Numbered from the stretch's first letter, positions 43,650 to 54,477 are shown. The stretch: 64,000 nucleotides of DNA from Candidatus Latescibacterota bacterium (GCA_965223905.1 CBDCXV010000010.1:1728001-1792000), one strand, 5' to 3'. A program made the numbers and translations. Notes: generated by a model not told the origin, from the letters alone.

Positions 43650-45345
43650 ATGATCCACGAAGCCCTGCTCCACATCGGATTGCTCGTCGTCGTAGCCAAG
43701 CTCGCCGAGGGTCTCCTGCGGCGTATCGGCCTGATCTCCATCGTCGCCTACACCCTGGCCGGGGTCCTGCTGGGGCCGGTAGCCGGGATCGTCGAGCCGA
43801 CGAGTGAAATCGAGCTCTTCCTCGGAATCGGCGTCTTTGTCCTCTTCTTCCTGATCGGCCTCGAGGAAATCGACCTTCCCGGCTTCATGGCGACGATCCG
43901 CGGCCGCTTCTTCATCGCCGGGGCCCTGTCGGTGGTCATCTCCCTGCTGGTCACGTCGGACTTTCTCGGCGTCGATTTCGCCCTCAATCTCGAATTCACC
44001 AAGGCGCTCTGTGTCGCCGGGATCCTGTCGTTGTCCAGCCTCGGCATCGTCGCCAAGGTGTTGTCCGACAAGGGACTGCTAAAGGAGCTGATAGGGCTGA
44101 GGATATTCGCCGCGGTCATCATCGCCGAGGTGATCAGCCTGCTGGTGGTCGGCGTCACCATCGGCGAGCTCGACCACGACCACAGCGTGGTCGGCCTGTT
44201 GGTCCTGGTGGGGGAGATCGTCGGCTTCGTGGTGCTGACCTGGATCATCTCGGCAAAGGTGCTTCCCCGCGCCATAACCATCCTGCATCGCTTGGTCGAC
44301 GTTCCCGAGCTCTCGTTCGGGCTGTTTGATGGAGGGCCTCTTCCTGGTGGTCGTGGGGGCAGAGGCGATCGGACTGCACGGGTCACTGGGGGCGCTGCTC
44401 TTCGGGGCCTCCCTGTCGGGGGCTGCCCAACCGCATGCGCCACGACATCATGCCCGGAATGCGCAGCTCAGCGGAAGGCCTGTTCGTTCCCCTCTTCTTC
44501 GCCTCGGCCGGCCTGCATCTGGATTTCTCCTTTGTCGGCCTGCCGCCACAGACCATAGTCGCCCTGCTGTTCGTCCCGATGCTGGGAAAGCTGTCCGGCG
44601 CTTTCATCGGCACCTTCCTGGCGCGGCTGGACACGCCGCTGGTCCTGACCACGGGGCTGATGGCGAAGGGGGTGGCCGAGATCGCCCTCCTTCTCGTCCT
44701 GCTCGAGACCGGCGTCATCGATCGGGGCGTCTTTTCGCTGCTCGTTCTCATCATGTTCGGATACATCCTGCTGACGCCGCAGGTCATCGGCTTCGCGGTC
44801 AGCAGGGCCAAGGAGACCGAAGGCGCGGCGACCCCCCGCACGGTGCCCCTTCTTTCGCCCGCCATGCCCTCGATGGGGTCGTGGTGAACTCCGTCATGGA
44901 CCGGACGCGCTCCTATCCCGGTCCGGAACTGTCGGTGAGGGACTTCGCAGACGACTGGATCGTGCCGAACCAGCACGACTACGTCGTCGACGACGAGGGC
45001 GTTCCCGTGGGAGTGCTGCCTCTGACCCGGCTGATCTTCCTGCGCAAAGGCTCCTGGGCGACTACTCAGCTGAGCTCCGTTCTGCGCCTGAACATACCCA
45101 AGGCCTGGCACGACGGGCCGATCGACGACGTGCTCGAACGGATGGCGGACAACTCGCTGACGATCATTCCGGTCATGGAGCGGGAATCGGACAAGTTCCT
45201 GGGCACGGTCACCAGCCATGACGTCCTCGACCTGATGGTGCTGATGGACCAGATCCAGGACGAGATGCAGCGGCAGGAAACCGGGGGGGGGCTTGAGTTG
45301 GCTCGCCTAACCTCCCACGGGGCAGGTGACCGCTCCGTTGTCTAA
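43650..45345 (+). pseudogene. Cation:proton antiporter (CPA2) with C-terminal CBS domains, three frameshifts
   Basis: FLIGLEEID, SLGIVAKVL.D, GALLFG, FVPLFFASAGLHLD, GLMAKG and the CBS tail are spread across three frames. Shifts lie at ~44326 (TTT), ~44420 (G5) and ~44847 (C4). Confidence 0.8.
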
Positions 45346-45376
45346 CCATTTCAACCGACGAGTAGATAGTGAAAAT

Positions 45377-46703
45377 CACTACTGTCCGGTTATAAGTCGA
45401 ATAAAGTCAACTGGTTACAAAGATGCTCTGATTGGTTTTGGGAGCTGATTTCCGTAAGCAATTGTAAAATATCGACTTTCTCGAACAGCGAAACGGTGAA
45501 GAGTTGCAGGATTTCGGCCAGACGGCGGTCGACGTGTAGCTGCTTCTTGACGATGGCCACGAGCACGTACGTGCTGATAGCGATCCAGATCTGGGTCTTG
45601 ACCGCGTTCTCGGAGGTGCCGAAGAACCCTTTGATTTGCAGATGGTGTTTGATCCACTTGAAGAACAACTCCACCTGCCAGCGGCATTTGTACAACTGCG
45701 GGATGGTCAAGGCGGGAAGGACGAAATGATTGGTGAGAAAAACGAACCGCTTCGCCGTCTCGAGGTCGAAGTAGCTGATGCGCGCAGGGCATCGGGGTAG
45801 TCTTGTGAGGTCCCGGGTCCGTGCAGTACGATGGTCTGGTCGCTGCGCAAGCCGGTGCTTTTGTCGACCGGGCGCGACATACGCCGAGTATAATCCAGAT
45901 TGCGTTTGGCGCGGATGACAAAGAACGCGGCCTGCTGCGTGAAGGTATACAGCCGGGCGAAGTCGATGTACCCGCGGTCCATGATGTAGAAGGCGCCCGG
46001 TTCCAGAATCAATTCGTCGAGCAGGCCGACATCGTGCGTCTTCCCCTCTGTAATGCGAATAAAACAGGGGATATTGCCGCGTAGATCCATCAACGTGTGA
46101 AGCTTGATGGCGGCTTTGCGCTGACGGAATCGGGCCCACGGAAACAGCGAAAGACACCGATCGATGGTGCTGGAATCGAAGACATACGCGGTCTCTTCGA
46201 GTTGTACTCCGAAGTCGTCTTGACTGTATAGCTTGCGGGCGTGGCCAATGAGCACCTGAGCGAAGTCGGCGTAGATGCGCCAGTCCCGGTTCTCGTTGGC
46301 ATCGGCCAGGGTGCTCCTGGAAACCGGGTATCGAAGGCCGGCATGATACAGCTTGGGCTGCATCGCCCGCAAGCAGGTCTCGATGTCCCGTAGGCTTCCC
46401 CGACCGGTGAGCTGCGCAAAGGCCATGCACAGAAACTGATCGCGACACTTGAAGTGCCGTGTCCTGTAATTGCCATGGTACCGACGTACGCATCTGTTGA
46501 ACTCGTGCCTGGGTAGGAAATCCATGAGCTGTGAGAATACCATTCGTCCCGTAGGCATCGGCCATTCCCTCCCTCGCTAAATGCAGCGCTGAATGGCCCA
46601 AATCTACGATCGATTTTAAATCGACAACGGTCATTTATTCGCACAACTCATTGTAGATGCATTACTTACACGATTCTTCAAAGCGCTCAACCGGACAGTA
46701 GTG
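45377..46703. mobile_element. IS4-family insertion sequence (~1.33 kb)
   Basis: Perfect 15-bp terminal inverted repeats CACTACTGTCCGGTT (45377-45391) and AACCGGACAGTAGTG (46689-46703) enclose a transposase. No target-site duplication is visible. Confidence 0.92.
45390..46558 (-). pseudogene. IS4-family DDE transposase (DUF4372-type N-terminus), frameshifted
   Basis: FDSSTID, IMDRGY, YKCRWQVELFFKWIK (Y-2-R-3-E-6-K). A 1-bp deletion near 45783 (LR-RISYFD) splits the ORF. Confidence 0.9.
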
Positions 46704-48117
46704 ATGGGATATAGCAGGTATCGATTTCCCGAGGCCGATACTGAACGCTCTTGCGGGACGACAAGCTGGTTGTTTTCGCGGGCGCGGGAGCAAAACTTCC
46801 GGGCTTTAAGGAATTGGCAGTGACGATTGCGCAAGGCACCGGGGAAACGCTGGGAGATATCGAACCAGTAGATCACTTCTCGGCAGACTGAAGCACAGAG
46901 GCGTAGAAGTGCATAACCTTGCCGCAGAAAAGCTCAAGTTAAATTCCCGTGGAGAGACCCCGAAGCCAACTGACCTGCATCGCAATCTGCTCAGGCTTTA
47001 CAAGGAATCGGCATCGCCTCGGATCGTCACCACCAATTTTGATCTACTCTTCGAGCAGGCGGCGAAAGGCTTTTTCGATACCGAACCGAAGATCTTTACT
47101 GCGCCAGCTTTGCCCTTGGGAAGAGAGTTCAACGGGATTTTTCATGTTCACGGAAGTCTCGGCCAGCCGACGGAAATGGTGCTAACGGACAAAGACTTTG
47201 GCCGTGCATATCTGACCGAGGGATGGGCGAGGCGCTTTCTCGTCGGCTTGTTCCACTCTTTCCCCGTTCTCTTCGTCGGCTGCAGACACAACGATACAGT
47301 GATGAATCACCTTGCCCGGGCATTGCCGGTAGACCAAACAGAACAACGTTTCGTGCTTACTGATGATGCGGATGATAGCAAATGGAAAGTTCTGGGAATT
47401 GAGCCAATTCTTTACCCGAAATTGCCCGACGATAACTACACCGGTCTTTACGAGGGAATTCAAGGCCTTGCGGATTATGCGAGGAGGGGCATCCTCGAAT
47501 GGCAGCACCGGATCGCGGAAATCGCAAGAAAACCACCCAACCTCGACGAGGAGGAAATGGGTCTTATTGAAGAGGGGCTCGCAGAGGAGGCGAAGGCACG
47601 CTTCTTCACGGATGCGGCCCGTTCACCTGAATGGATCGATTGGCTCGACAAACGGGAGCATCTGAACTGCCTCTTCGGCACCGGTGATCTCCGTGAGTCC
47701 CAGAATCAATTGGGACAGTGGTTGGCCCAAAATTTCGCACGGGACCAGGCTGATAAACTATTCCTGCTCATTGGCCGCCACAGCATGCGCCTGTGTCCAA
47801 ATTTTTGGTTTCAGTTGGGTGGAACAATCGCCTCAAGGGACGGTCCTCCACTGGAGGCGGATACTTTGTCTCGCTGGATTTCACTCCTGCTCTCTACCTC
47901 TCCTCCGCCTCATACTATCCAGCATCTGTTGTGGAGTCTGGGTAAGGCTTGCATTACGTACAATCTTATGGATTGGCTGGTTGAAATCTTCGACGCGCTC
48001 ACGACAAGCCGTCTCATGCTCAAGCCGTCCTTTGCTAGACCCGATACCAATCAGGACCATCCACGCTCACCTTCATGCCAGAGTGCGATCGCCTCCTCCA
48101 TCCGTTCGATCAACTGA
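46704..48117 (+). pseudogene. SIR2-domain anti-phage protein (Dsr1-like), frameshifted and C-terminally truncated
   Basis: ORF 46909-48117 has IVTTNFD, HVHGS, VLTDKDFGRAYL.EGWA.RFL, VLFVG. The N-terminal IAGIDFP...DDKLVVFAGAG...LPGF is recoverable from 46704-46908 across frameshifts. Confidence 0.78.
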
Positions 48118-48221
48118 TCAATTGACGTTCCCTGGGTATGACATCCGGGTAGGCCGGGAACGCTCCCTACGTAAAAACCGTCTTCATCCTTCTCGATGAC
48201 GATAGTGTATTCGGTGCTCAT
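48051..48221 (-). CDS. hicB: HicB-family antitoxin (orphan, short)
   Basis: YTIVIEKDEDGFYVGSVPGLPGCHTQG.SIDQLIERMEEAIAL; no hicA is adjacent. Confidence 0.85.
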   Translation of the reverse strand: MSTEYTIVIEKDEDGFYVGSVPGLPGCHTQGTSIDQLIERMEEAIALWHEGERGWS

Positions 48222-48426
48222 CGGATTCTCCCATAGTTCAGAACGCCTCGGGTAGATTGGGGCGGCCAACGACGGCAAACCCACCGCAGGCGATCATAGG
48301 GTTCCGGCGGTTTGCCCCCGTCGCGTCGCAGCAGCCGACGTGCCGCCTCGATATCGGCCTCGTGTTACAAGAAGAATTCTCATTGTTTTAAAACCCTGTC
48401 AAGAGGGCCTGTTGTTTCCTTAACCC

Positions 48427-48895
48427 TCAGAAATACCGCGCCAAGTCTCAACGACAGGCCGCCTCGCCCACTCCCAGTGAGGCCGGGACCGTGACCCTCC
48501 CTCGAACGGCGTGACCCATTCTTCGCCAGCGTACCGGGTGTAGGATTTCGGCGTGGAACGCGATCTGTTGTCCCAGCATCTTCTCCAGGCCAAGGCCCAA
48601 GGTCCAGCGCCGCAGTTCCAGGTCGCGGCTGTCCGTTCCGGAAATGAAGTCGGGATCGCCCCCGGATGAGCACGGACTGGGATCCATGCAGCCTTTGAAG
48701 CGGGTCGTGAACCGCCCCTCGAGGCGGGCCTCCGAGCGCGTAGAGGCTCGCCCCCCGTGACTTCAGGATTTCAGGGTTTCCGCCGACCTTGAGCGTGAAG
48801 CCGTAGCTCCTGTCTCTTTCGAGAGACCACTGGTCCAGCCAGCTTTCCCCGAGTTGGTTGCGTCCCGGGGATGTCCCGACCCCTTGGAGCTGCCA
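48427..48895 (-). pseudogene. C-terminal fragment of an outer-membrane beta-barrel protein
   Basis: Across frames: SYGFTLKVGG, ASLYAL, WTLGLGLEK...FHAEILH, ending ...LSLRLARYF* (terminal-Phe beta-signal). Several frameshifts and no 5' end. Confidence 0.5.
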
Positions 48896-48920
48896 AGCTC
48901 GGCCGTCCGCTTCAAGGCTC

Positions 48921-48949
48921 TTGACCGTGCCGACCGGCATCTCTAGCTT
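48921..48949 (+). promoter_or_regulatory. Promoter of tRNA-Val
   Basis: TTGACC-17nt-TAGCTT, 10 nt before the tRNA. Confidence 0.7.
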
Positions 48950-48959
48950 GAATGACCCA

Positions 48960-49036
48960 GGGCGATTAGCTCAGCTGGTTAGAGTGCCTGCTTGACATGC
49001 AGGAGGTCACTGGTTCGATTCCGGTATCGCCCACCA
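48960..49036 (+). tRNA. tRNA-Val(GAC)
   Basis: Acceptor stem GGGCGAT/ATCGCCC, D-arm AGCTCAGCTGGTTAGAG, anticodon arm CCTGC-TTGACAT-GCAGG, GGTTCGATTCC T-loop, encoded CCA. Confidence 0.97.
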
Positions 49037-49043
49037 TTGATCT

Positions 49044-49076
49044 GCAACCCCCCATTTGCGGGGGGTTGCTTTTTTT
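49044..49076 (+). terminator. Rho-independent terminator after tRNA-Val
   Basis: GCAACCCCCC-atttgc-GGGGGGTTGC hairpin followed by T7. Confidence 0.88.
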
Positions 49077-50982
49077 ATGTGTGCTGGCCCCAGCGGGCCG
49101 CCTCGCGGCGCAACGCCGGTCGCTCCTCCCGCCTGCCCGCGCGGCGCAGGATTCTATCCCCCAGCTTGTACACCTGCGGCATCATCGGATCGATTGCGAT
49201 CGCCGCCTGAATGTGGGCCCAGGCGCGGTCGTGCTTTCCGAGGTCGTCCAGTCGGATTGCGACGTTGTAGCGAATCGTGCGCGAGTCGTGCGCGATCTCC
49301 GCGGAGCGCTCGAAAGCGAGAACCGCCTCCTCCCTGTCCCCCCTGAAGAGCAGGTTTTCTCCCCTTTTGAACCAGTAGTTCGCCTGAATGATCCGCGCCC
49401 AGGGATCGGTCAGTTCCCCCGCCGCAGCGGCACCCGTCGTATCCGGGACCTCCCCGGCCGGGGGCCTGACTCCCGTCTTCAGCACCCGATACGACAGCCC
49501 GGCCGGAACGAAATCGAACCCTTTCGCGGGAAGATCGCGGGGCGCGAGAAAATGGACCGGCCTGCCCGTGACCGACTCCTCGACCAAGCCTTTCACCAAC
49601 CGTCGACGTACCCGCGCCTTTTCACGCGGCCCAAGGTGGCGCGAGCTCCGGGGAAGGATGTCCGTTCCCCTGCCGAACCGCATGTACAGGGTCACGTCCG
49701 GCCTCGCTCCCTCCACTCTGTGCAGGTAGTCGACGATGAAACTGGCGTCGTCTCCTTGGGTTATCAGGATGGCGTTCTGCGGCAGCTCGGCGAGGATGTC
49801 CATGCCGTACCTGTGAGCGATGCGAATGCCGCTGCGGTCCGCCTCGCGAAAATTCATCGCCATGACGACCGCCACCGCGGCAACCGCCGCGGCCACCTGA
49901 ATTCCGCCCCGGCCGATGAGTCGTCCCAGGCGCGCGCATAGGTCGTCCAGCCCGTAGGCGATGAACACCGCGGCCCCGAGAAAGCTGAGCAGGAAGAAGA
50001 CGCCGATTCCGTTCGGGTCCCGATGGTAGTTGAGAGCCACGACAAGGTTTACCAGGACCGTGCTGCCGACAACCCAGGCCATCGTCCCGTCGCGGCGTGC
50101 GCAGACCCACAGGCCCCAGACCGCGGCGAGACAGAGCACCGGGGTGTACGCCGTAAACAGATGCTCCAGCCAGCGGCCGGCGTTGAGCAGGATCCCGTGT
50201 GCCGGCATGGTGAAGAAGGCAAAGCGGTACTCGGCGCCGGTGATGTGGGCCCAGAACAGGGAGGGGGTGTCCACTGGCCCCCAGTGGAATCCAGAGCCCA
50301 GTAAGGAGCGGAGGGGCAGGTACAGCACCAGGCTGTAGCCGAGGACGGCAGCTGCCGCAACCTTGGCCGCCATCCCCGTCAGCTCAGCGACTCTCGCTGC
50401 AGGAGGCCGGCGCCTGACCCCCCGGTACCAGTGCCACACCCACGCCGACAGCAGTCCGGGCAGAATCAGGGACTGGCTCAGGTGGGTCGTAAGCGCAACT
50501 CCGGCAACGTAGCCCCCCAGTATCAGGTTTCGGGCGTTCGGGGCCTCGGCCGCCCGCAACCCGAGCCAGATCATTGCCACGGCCCCGAGCATGCTCGCGC
50601 CGTACACCTCGGCGACGACGGCGTTGCTCCAGAAGGTCCCGGAAAAACCGAACAGGAGCGACCCGGCCAGACAGATCCAGGGATAACAGCCCCGGTCTCT
50701 CAGGAACGCCGCAAGCGCCGCGACCGCCAGGGCGGCAGTAAACGCGGAGGCGACGTTTATCCGGTAGGCGACGCTGTCGAACGGCAGCAGGGCCGAAAAG
50801 AGGCGCCCTGTAAGGGCGAACAAGGGATAGCCGGTCGGGTGCGGCGTGCCGAGGGCGTGCACCGCGCCGATCAGCTCACCCGAACCCTCGACGTAGACGG
50901 TCGGGCACAGGGTGGCGAGATAGGCGGCAAAGGAGATGGCGAAGGCGAGCACCGCCGGGGGCCATCGGCTGGAGCGAATCAT
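49075..50982 (-). CDS. Second DUF2723 (TMEM260-like GT-C) membrane protein with C-terminal TPR
   Basis: TVYVEGSGEL...LGTPHPTGYPLF, AVVAEVY, TTH, LYLPLRS, ITQGDD...Y...VEGARPDV, and a TPR tail. Confidence 0.88.
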   Translation of the reverse strand: MIRSSRWPPAVLAFAISFAAYLATLCPTVYVEGSGELIGAVHALGTPHPTGYPLFALTGRLFSALLPFDSVAYRINVASAFTAALAVAALAAFLRDRGCYPWICLAGSLLFGFSGTFWSNAVVAEVYGASMLGAVAMIWLGLRAAEAPNARNLILGGYVAGVALTTHLSQSLILPGLLSAWVWHWYRGVRRRPPAARVAELTGMAAKVAAAAVLGYSLVLYLPLRSLLGSGFHWGPVDTPSLFWAHITGAEYRFAFFTMPAHGILLNAGRWLEHLFTAYTPVLCLAAVWGLWVCARRDGTMAWVVGSTVLVNLVVALNYHRDPNGIGVFFLLSFLGAAVFIAYGLDDLCARLGRLIGRGGIQVAAAVAAVAVVMAMNFREADRSGIRIAHRYGMDILAELPQNAILITQGDDASFIVDYLHRVEGARPDVTLYMRFGRGTDILPRSSRHLGPREKARVRRRLVKGLVEESVTGRPVHFLAPRDLPAKGFDFVPAGLSYRVLKTGVRPPAGEVPDTTGAAAAGELTDPWARIIQANYWFKRGENLLFRGDREEAVLAFERSAEIAHDSRTIRYNVAIRLDDLGKHDRAWAHIQAAIAIDPMMPQVYKLGDRILRRAGRREERPALRREAARWGQHT

Positions 50983-51160
50983 CAGGGCTGGAGGGAGAGT
51001 GCGGGCAGGGATTCCTGGAGGGGACCGGCACGAACCATTCCGTCAGCGGCGACCGGGGCGGAATCGTTCGCCAGGCAACAGCGCCGCTCGGGGCGTCTGG
51101 ATGTCCGTGCACGTGAGGATTTCAGCAAGGCATCAGCTCCTCTTGGACGGACGCGGCCGC

Positions 51161-51973
51161 TTAGGAACCAGCCAGCACTTCTTCGGCGCTGTCCTCGGGG
51201 ATGAACCCCAGGACCTGCCTGGCGTGATCCAGGTCGACCCAGCGGTAGCGGTTGTTGGAAACGCCGTAGAAGATGCCGAACTTGAGATCGTCCGGGGCGT
51301 CGATCGCCCGCTGCGTAAGCTGGGCGACGTCCCGCTGGCTGCACCAGACGGCGCCCGACTCCGGCTTCTGGGGGTGATCCTCGGCGTTGACCCAGCCGAT
51401 GCGGAGACAAAGGGAGGAGATGCCGAGGACGTCGGCCGTATACCGAGCCAGTGCCTCTCCCCAGATCTTGGTCGCCGGATACAACCCCGTGGGGCGATGC
51501 GGCCATTCGTGGGTCACAGGATGGACCTGAGTCCCGGCGAAGTCGTCGAACCGTCCCTCCGACAGGGCCTTGTAGGGATGGTCGAGGTGGTATCCCCAGG
51601 ATACCATGATCGAGGATGCGTAGACCACCCTCTTCACGCCGACGCGCACCGCGGCCTCGAAGACGTTGCGGACACCGATGATGTTGCTGGACAGCAGGCT
51701 GTCCCAGTTGGCGTCCGGCCGCGGATCGGCCGCCATCTGGACGACGATGTCCATTCCCTGAACCGCCCGTTCGACGGCCTCCAGATTGGCGAGGTCGGCA
51801 AGGAAGAAACGGTCTTCCGGAATCGACGGGGCGATCCCCTTCGGCGCCCGTTCCGATGGCTGCCTCCGGCGCGCCAGTGCATACAGCTCGTAGCCGCCGA
51901 CCTGCTCCAGGTGGCGGTACACCACTCCTGGTATCAGGCCGTAAACTCCGGTGATGAGAACTTTTTTCGCCAC
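51161..51973 (-). CDS. NAD-dependent epimerase/dehydratase (uronate dehydrogenase-like)
   Basis: VLITGVYGLI, NIIGVRNVFEAA, VVYASS, YPATK, LRIG. Confidence 0.9.
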   Translation of the reverse strand: MAKKVLITGVYGLIPGVVYRHLEQVGGYELYALARRRQPSERAPKGIAPSIPEDRFFLADLANLEAVERAVQGMDIVVQMAADPRPDANWDSLLSSNIIGVRNVFEAAVRVGVKRVVYASSIMVSWGYHLDHPYKALSEGRFDDFAGTQVHPVTHEWPHRPTGLYPATKIWGEALARYTADVLGISSLCLRIGWVNAEDHPQKPESGAVWCSQRDVAQLTQRAIDAPDDLKFGIFYGVSNNRYRWVDLDHARQVLGFIPEDSAEEVLAGS

Positions 51974-52024
51974 CTGGGGCCCCCTTTCTATTCCTAGTTG
52001 GAATATACGCCGGCAGGAGGGTTT

Positions 52025-52588
52025 CTACGCGTCGAGCACGCCGATGCAGGGCAGGGCGCGGTAGCGCTGGCAGAAATCCATTCCGTAGCCGATGACGAAC
52101 AGATCGCCGATGGTGTACCCGACGTAATCGAGCCTCACCGTTACCCGGCGTCTCTCCGGTTTGTCGATGAGGGCGCAGGTGTAGATCGACGACGGTCCAT
52201 GTGCCTGAATGGCGGCGATTGCCGCCTGCATGGTCCCGCCGGTGTCGACGATGCCGTCGACCAGCAGCACTTGGCGTTCTGCCAGCTCCACGGCGGTCGC
52301 CTCCGCGACCTGCGGCTTCCCTGCCGACTCCCTGCCGCGGTAGCTTCTGATCTTTATGAAGTCGTACTCGACGTCCCTGGCGAATTTGGCCGGCATTGCC
52401 CTCATGAGGTCGATGGCAAACTGAGCCGCCCCGGTCAGGATACCGATCAGAACAGGCGGTCTCGCCTCGAAATCGCCGCTGATCCGGCGTGCGAGCTCCC
52501 CTACGCGGCGCTCTACCTCGGCGGCGTCGAACAGGACGCGGATACCCTCCGCGCCGATGGCCGCCTCGGGGCTGTCTGAGGTGCTCAC
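52025..52588 (-). CDS. hpt: Hypoxanthine phosphoribosyltransferase
   Basis: LIGILTGA, IRSYRG, VLLVDGIVDTGGT PRPP loop, LIDKP, FVIGYGMD...YRALP. Confidence 0.92.
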   Translation of the reverse strand: MSTSDSPEAAIGAEGIRVLFDAAEVERRVGELARRISGDFEARPPVLIGILTGAAQFAIDLMRAMPAKFARDVEYDFIKIRSYRGRESAGKPQVAEATAVELAERQVLLVDGIVDTGGTMQAAIAAIQAHGPSSIYTCALIDKPERRRVTVRLDYVGYTIGDLFVIGYGMDFCQRYRALPCIGVLDA

Positions 52589-52935
52589 CGTCCGGGTCCG
52601 CGGGCGGCGTTTTCGAGAGCCCTGAGCAGGATGGCGCGATCCTCGACCAGGTCCGGCGGCAGGTGGCGTTCGATGACGAAAATCCCCTCCACGGACTCTT
52701 CGAGGTAGGAGATGATTGTTCGAATGTGGAAGTCGGCGTGCGGCGTTCTGAGTCCTGACTCGCCGGTCCGCCTGCGGATGTCGCTGCGCTGGTAATATTC
52801 CAGGACGACCGGGAAATGTTGAATCAGTTCCTCGGACGCGAAAAGAACGCGAAGCTCCTCGAAGAAATGGATGGCGTTCGCGGCCTCCTCTGACCACTCG
52901 TCTTTCTTTACCAGCCAGCGCGGGTCCATGCACAA
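52585..52935 (-). CDS. Hypothetical protein (~115 aa)
   Basis: ORF with natural globular composition, coupled to hpt (GTGA overlap); no family recognised. Confidence 0.65.
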   Translation of the reverse strand: MCMDPRWLVKKDEWSEEAANAIHFFEELRVLFASEELIQHFPVVLEYYQRSDIRRRTGESGLRTPHADFHIRTIISYLEESVEGIFVIERHLPPDLVEDRAILLRALENAARGPGR

Positions 52936-53127
52936 CTCCGGATGAGGCCCTGCGTGTGGGGTCGGGCGGGGATGCCGGTGGGAGGTACAAAAATGAAGGG
53001 CTGCTCTCCTTGCAAGCAGCCCTTCGGCTCGGGGGAAGGGGAGGGCGAAACCGCGACAGGGCTGGGGCCCGGGGGTTTGCCGCGGTATCGCCTGAGTAGC
53101 CGGCCGCCGGAGACGGCCGGTTTCCTG

Positions 53128-54372
53128 TTACGCCGCCACCCGTTTCTGTTTCGCCCCTGCCTGACCGGTCGGAGCAGGTTTCTGTACCGCCGTCTTGCCG
53201 TTTCCGACGTTGGCTGCCGGGGCGCGGCCCGCCGGATCCGGGGCGCTCCCGGGCTCTTCCTGGTGGGTAGCCTTCTTGCCGGCGACGACTCCGCCATCCT
53301 CACCTGCGGCTGCTCGGGCCAGGGGAATATTCATCGCCGCGCGGATCTCTTCTTCGATCCGGCCGGAAACTTGCTCGTTCTCTTTCAGATAAATACGCGC
53401 GTTCTCCCTGCCTTGCCCCAGGCGCAGACCGCCGTACGAAAACCAGGTTCCGCTCTTCTCGATGACCCGGTGCTGAACTCCCAGGTCGAGCAAGTCCCCC
53501 TCTTTGGAGATACCGACGTCATCTCCCCGGAAGAGGATGTCGAACTCGGCCTCTCTGAAGGGAGGAGCGACCTTGTTCTTGACTACTTTCACCCGCGTCC
53601 GCCGCCCGATCACCTCGTCGCCGTCCTTTATGTTGCCGATGCTGCGGATATCCATGCGCACCGAGGCGTAGAAGCAGAGGGCGCGGCCCCCGGTCGTGGT
53701 TTCCGGGTTGCCGAACATCACGCCGATTTTCATGCGCAGCTGGTTGATGAAGATCACCGTCGTTCGCGATTTCTGTATCGACCCCGTCAGCTTTCTCAAC
53801 GCCTGCGACATCAACCGCGCCTGCAGCCCCATCTGGGCGTCCCCCATCTCCCCTTCGAGCTCCGCCCGCGGGACCAGCGCCGCCACGGAATCGACGACGA
53901 TGACATCGAGGGCTCCGCTGCGGACCAGTGTGTCGGTGATCTCGAGTGCTTCTTCGCCACAGTCGGGTTGCGCGACCAGCAGGTTCTCGACGTCGACACC
54001 CAGCTTGCGCGCAAAGCCGATGTCGAGGGCGTGCTCGGCGTCGATGAAGGCGGCGATGCCGCCCTTCTTTTGAGCCTGCGCTACCACGTTGAGAGCGCAC
54101 ATGGTCTTGCCGGCCGACTCGGGACCGTACATTTCGATGACGCGGCCCCGCGGGACACCCCCGATCCCGAGAGCGGCGTCGAGCGACAGGCAACCTGTCG
54201 GGACGATGTCGATGTCTACGACCTGGGATTCGCCCAGGCGCATGATGGCCCCCTTGCCGAACTGCTTTTCCACCTGGGTCAGGGCCTGCTGCATCGCTCT
54301 TTGCCGGTCCTGCCCCTTGCCGTCGTTCCTGGCGTCCGAACCTCTCTGTGTGTTGAGCTTGGCCGATACCAT
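53128..54372 (-). CDS. recA: Recombinase RecA
   Basis: [72 protein letters not shown]. Confidence 0.98.
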   Translation of the reverse strand: MVSAKLNTQRGSDARNDGKGQDRQRAMQQALTQVEKQFGKGAIMRLGESQVVDIDIVPTGCLSLDAALGIGGVPRGRVIEMYGPESAGKTMCALNVVAQAQKKGGIAAFIDAEHALDIGFARKLGVDVENLLVAQPDCGEEALEITDTLVRSGALDVIVVDSVAALVPRAELEGEMGDAQMGLQARLMSQALRKLTGSIQKSRTTVIFINQLRMKIGVMFGNPETTTGGRALCFYASVRMDIRSIGNIKDGDEVIGRRTRVKVVKNKVAPPFREAEFDILFRGDDVGISKEGDLLDLGVQHRVIEKSGTWFSYGGLRLGQGRENARIYLKENEQVSGRIEEEIRAAMNIPLARAAAGEDGGVVAGKKATHQEEPGSAPDPAGRAPAANVGNGKTAVQKPAPTGQAGAKQKRVAA

Positions 54373-54477
54373 CTCCGTTTCTCCCGCCTCTCGGCTTTCT
54401 TGCTGAAGGGGAATGTCCAGCGAAGACGATGGGCGCTACCTCTCTGGTGTGCCCTCTGTCTCTCAAAACTGAACATA

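Noticed and set aside
45355-46720. Target-site duplication around the IS4 element
   Set aside because: The flanks (...GATAGTGAAAAT and ATGGGATATAG...) share no direct repeat.
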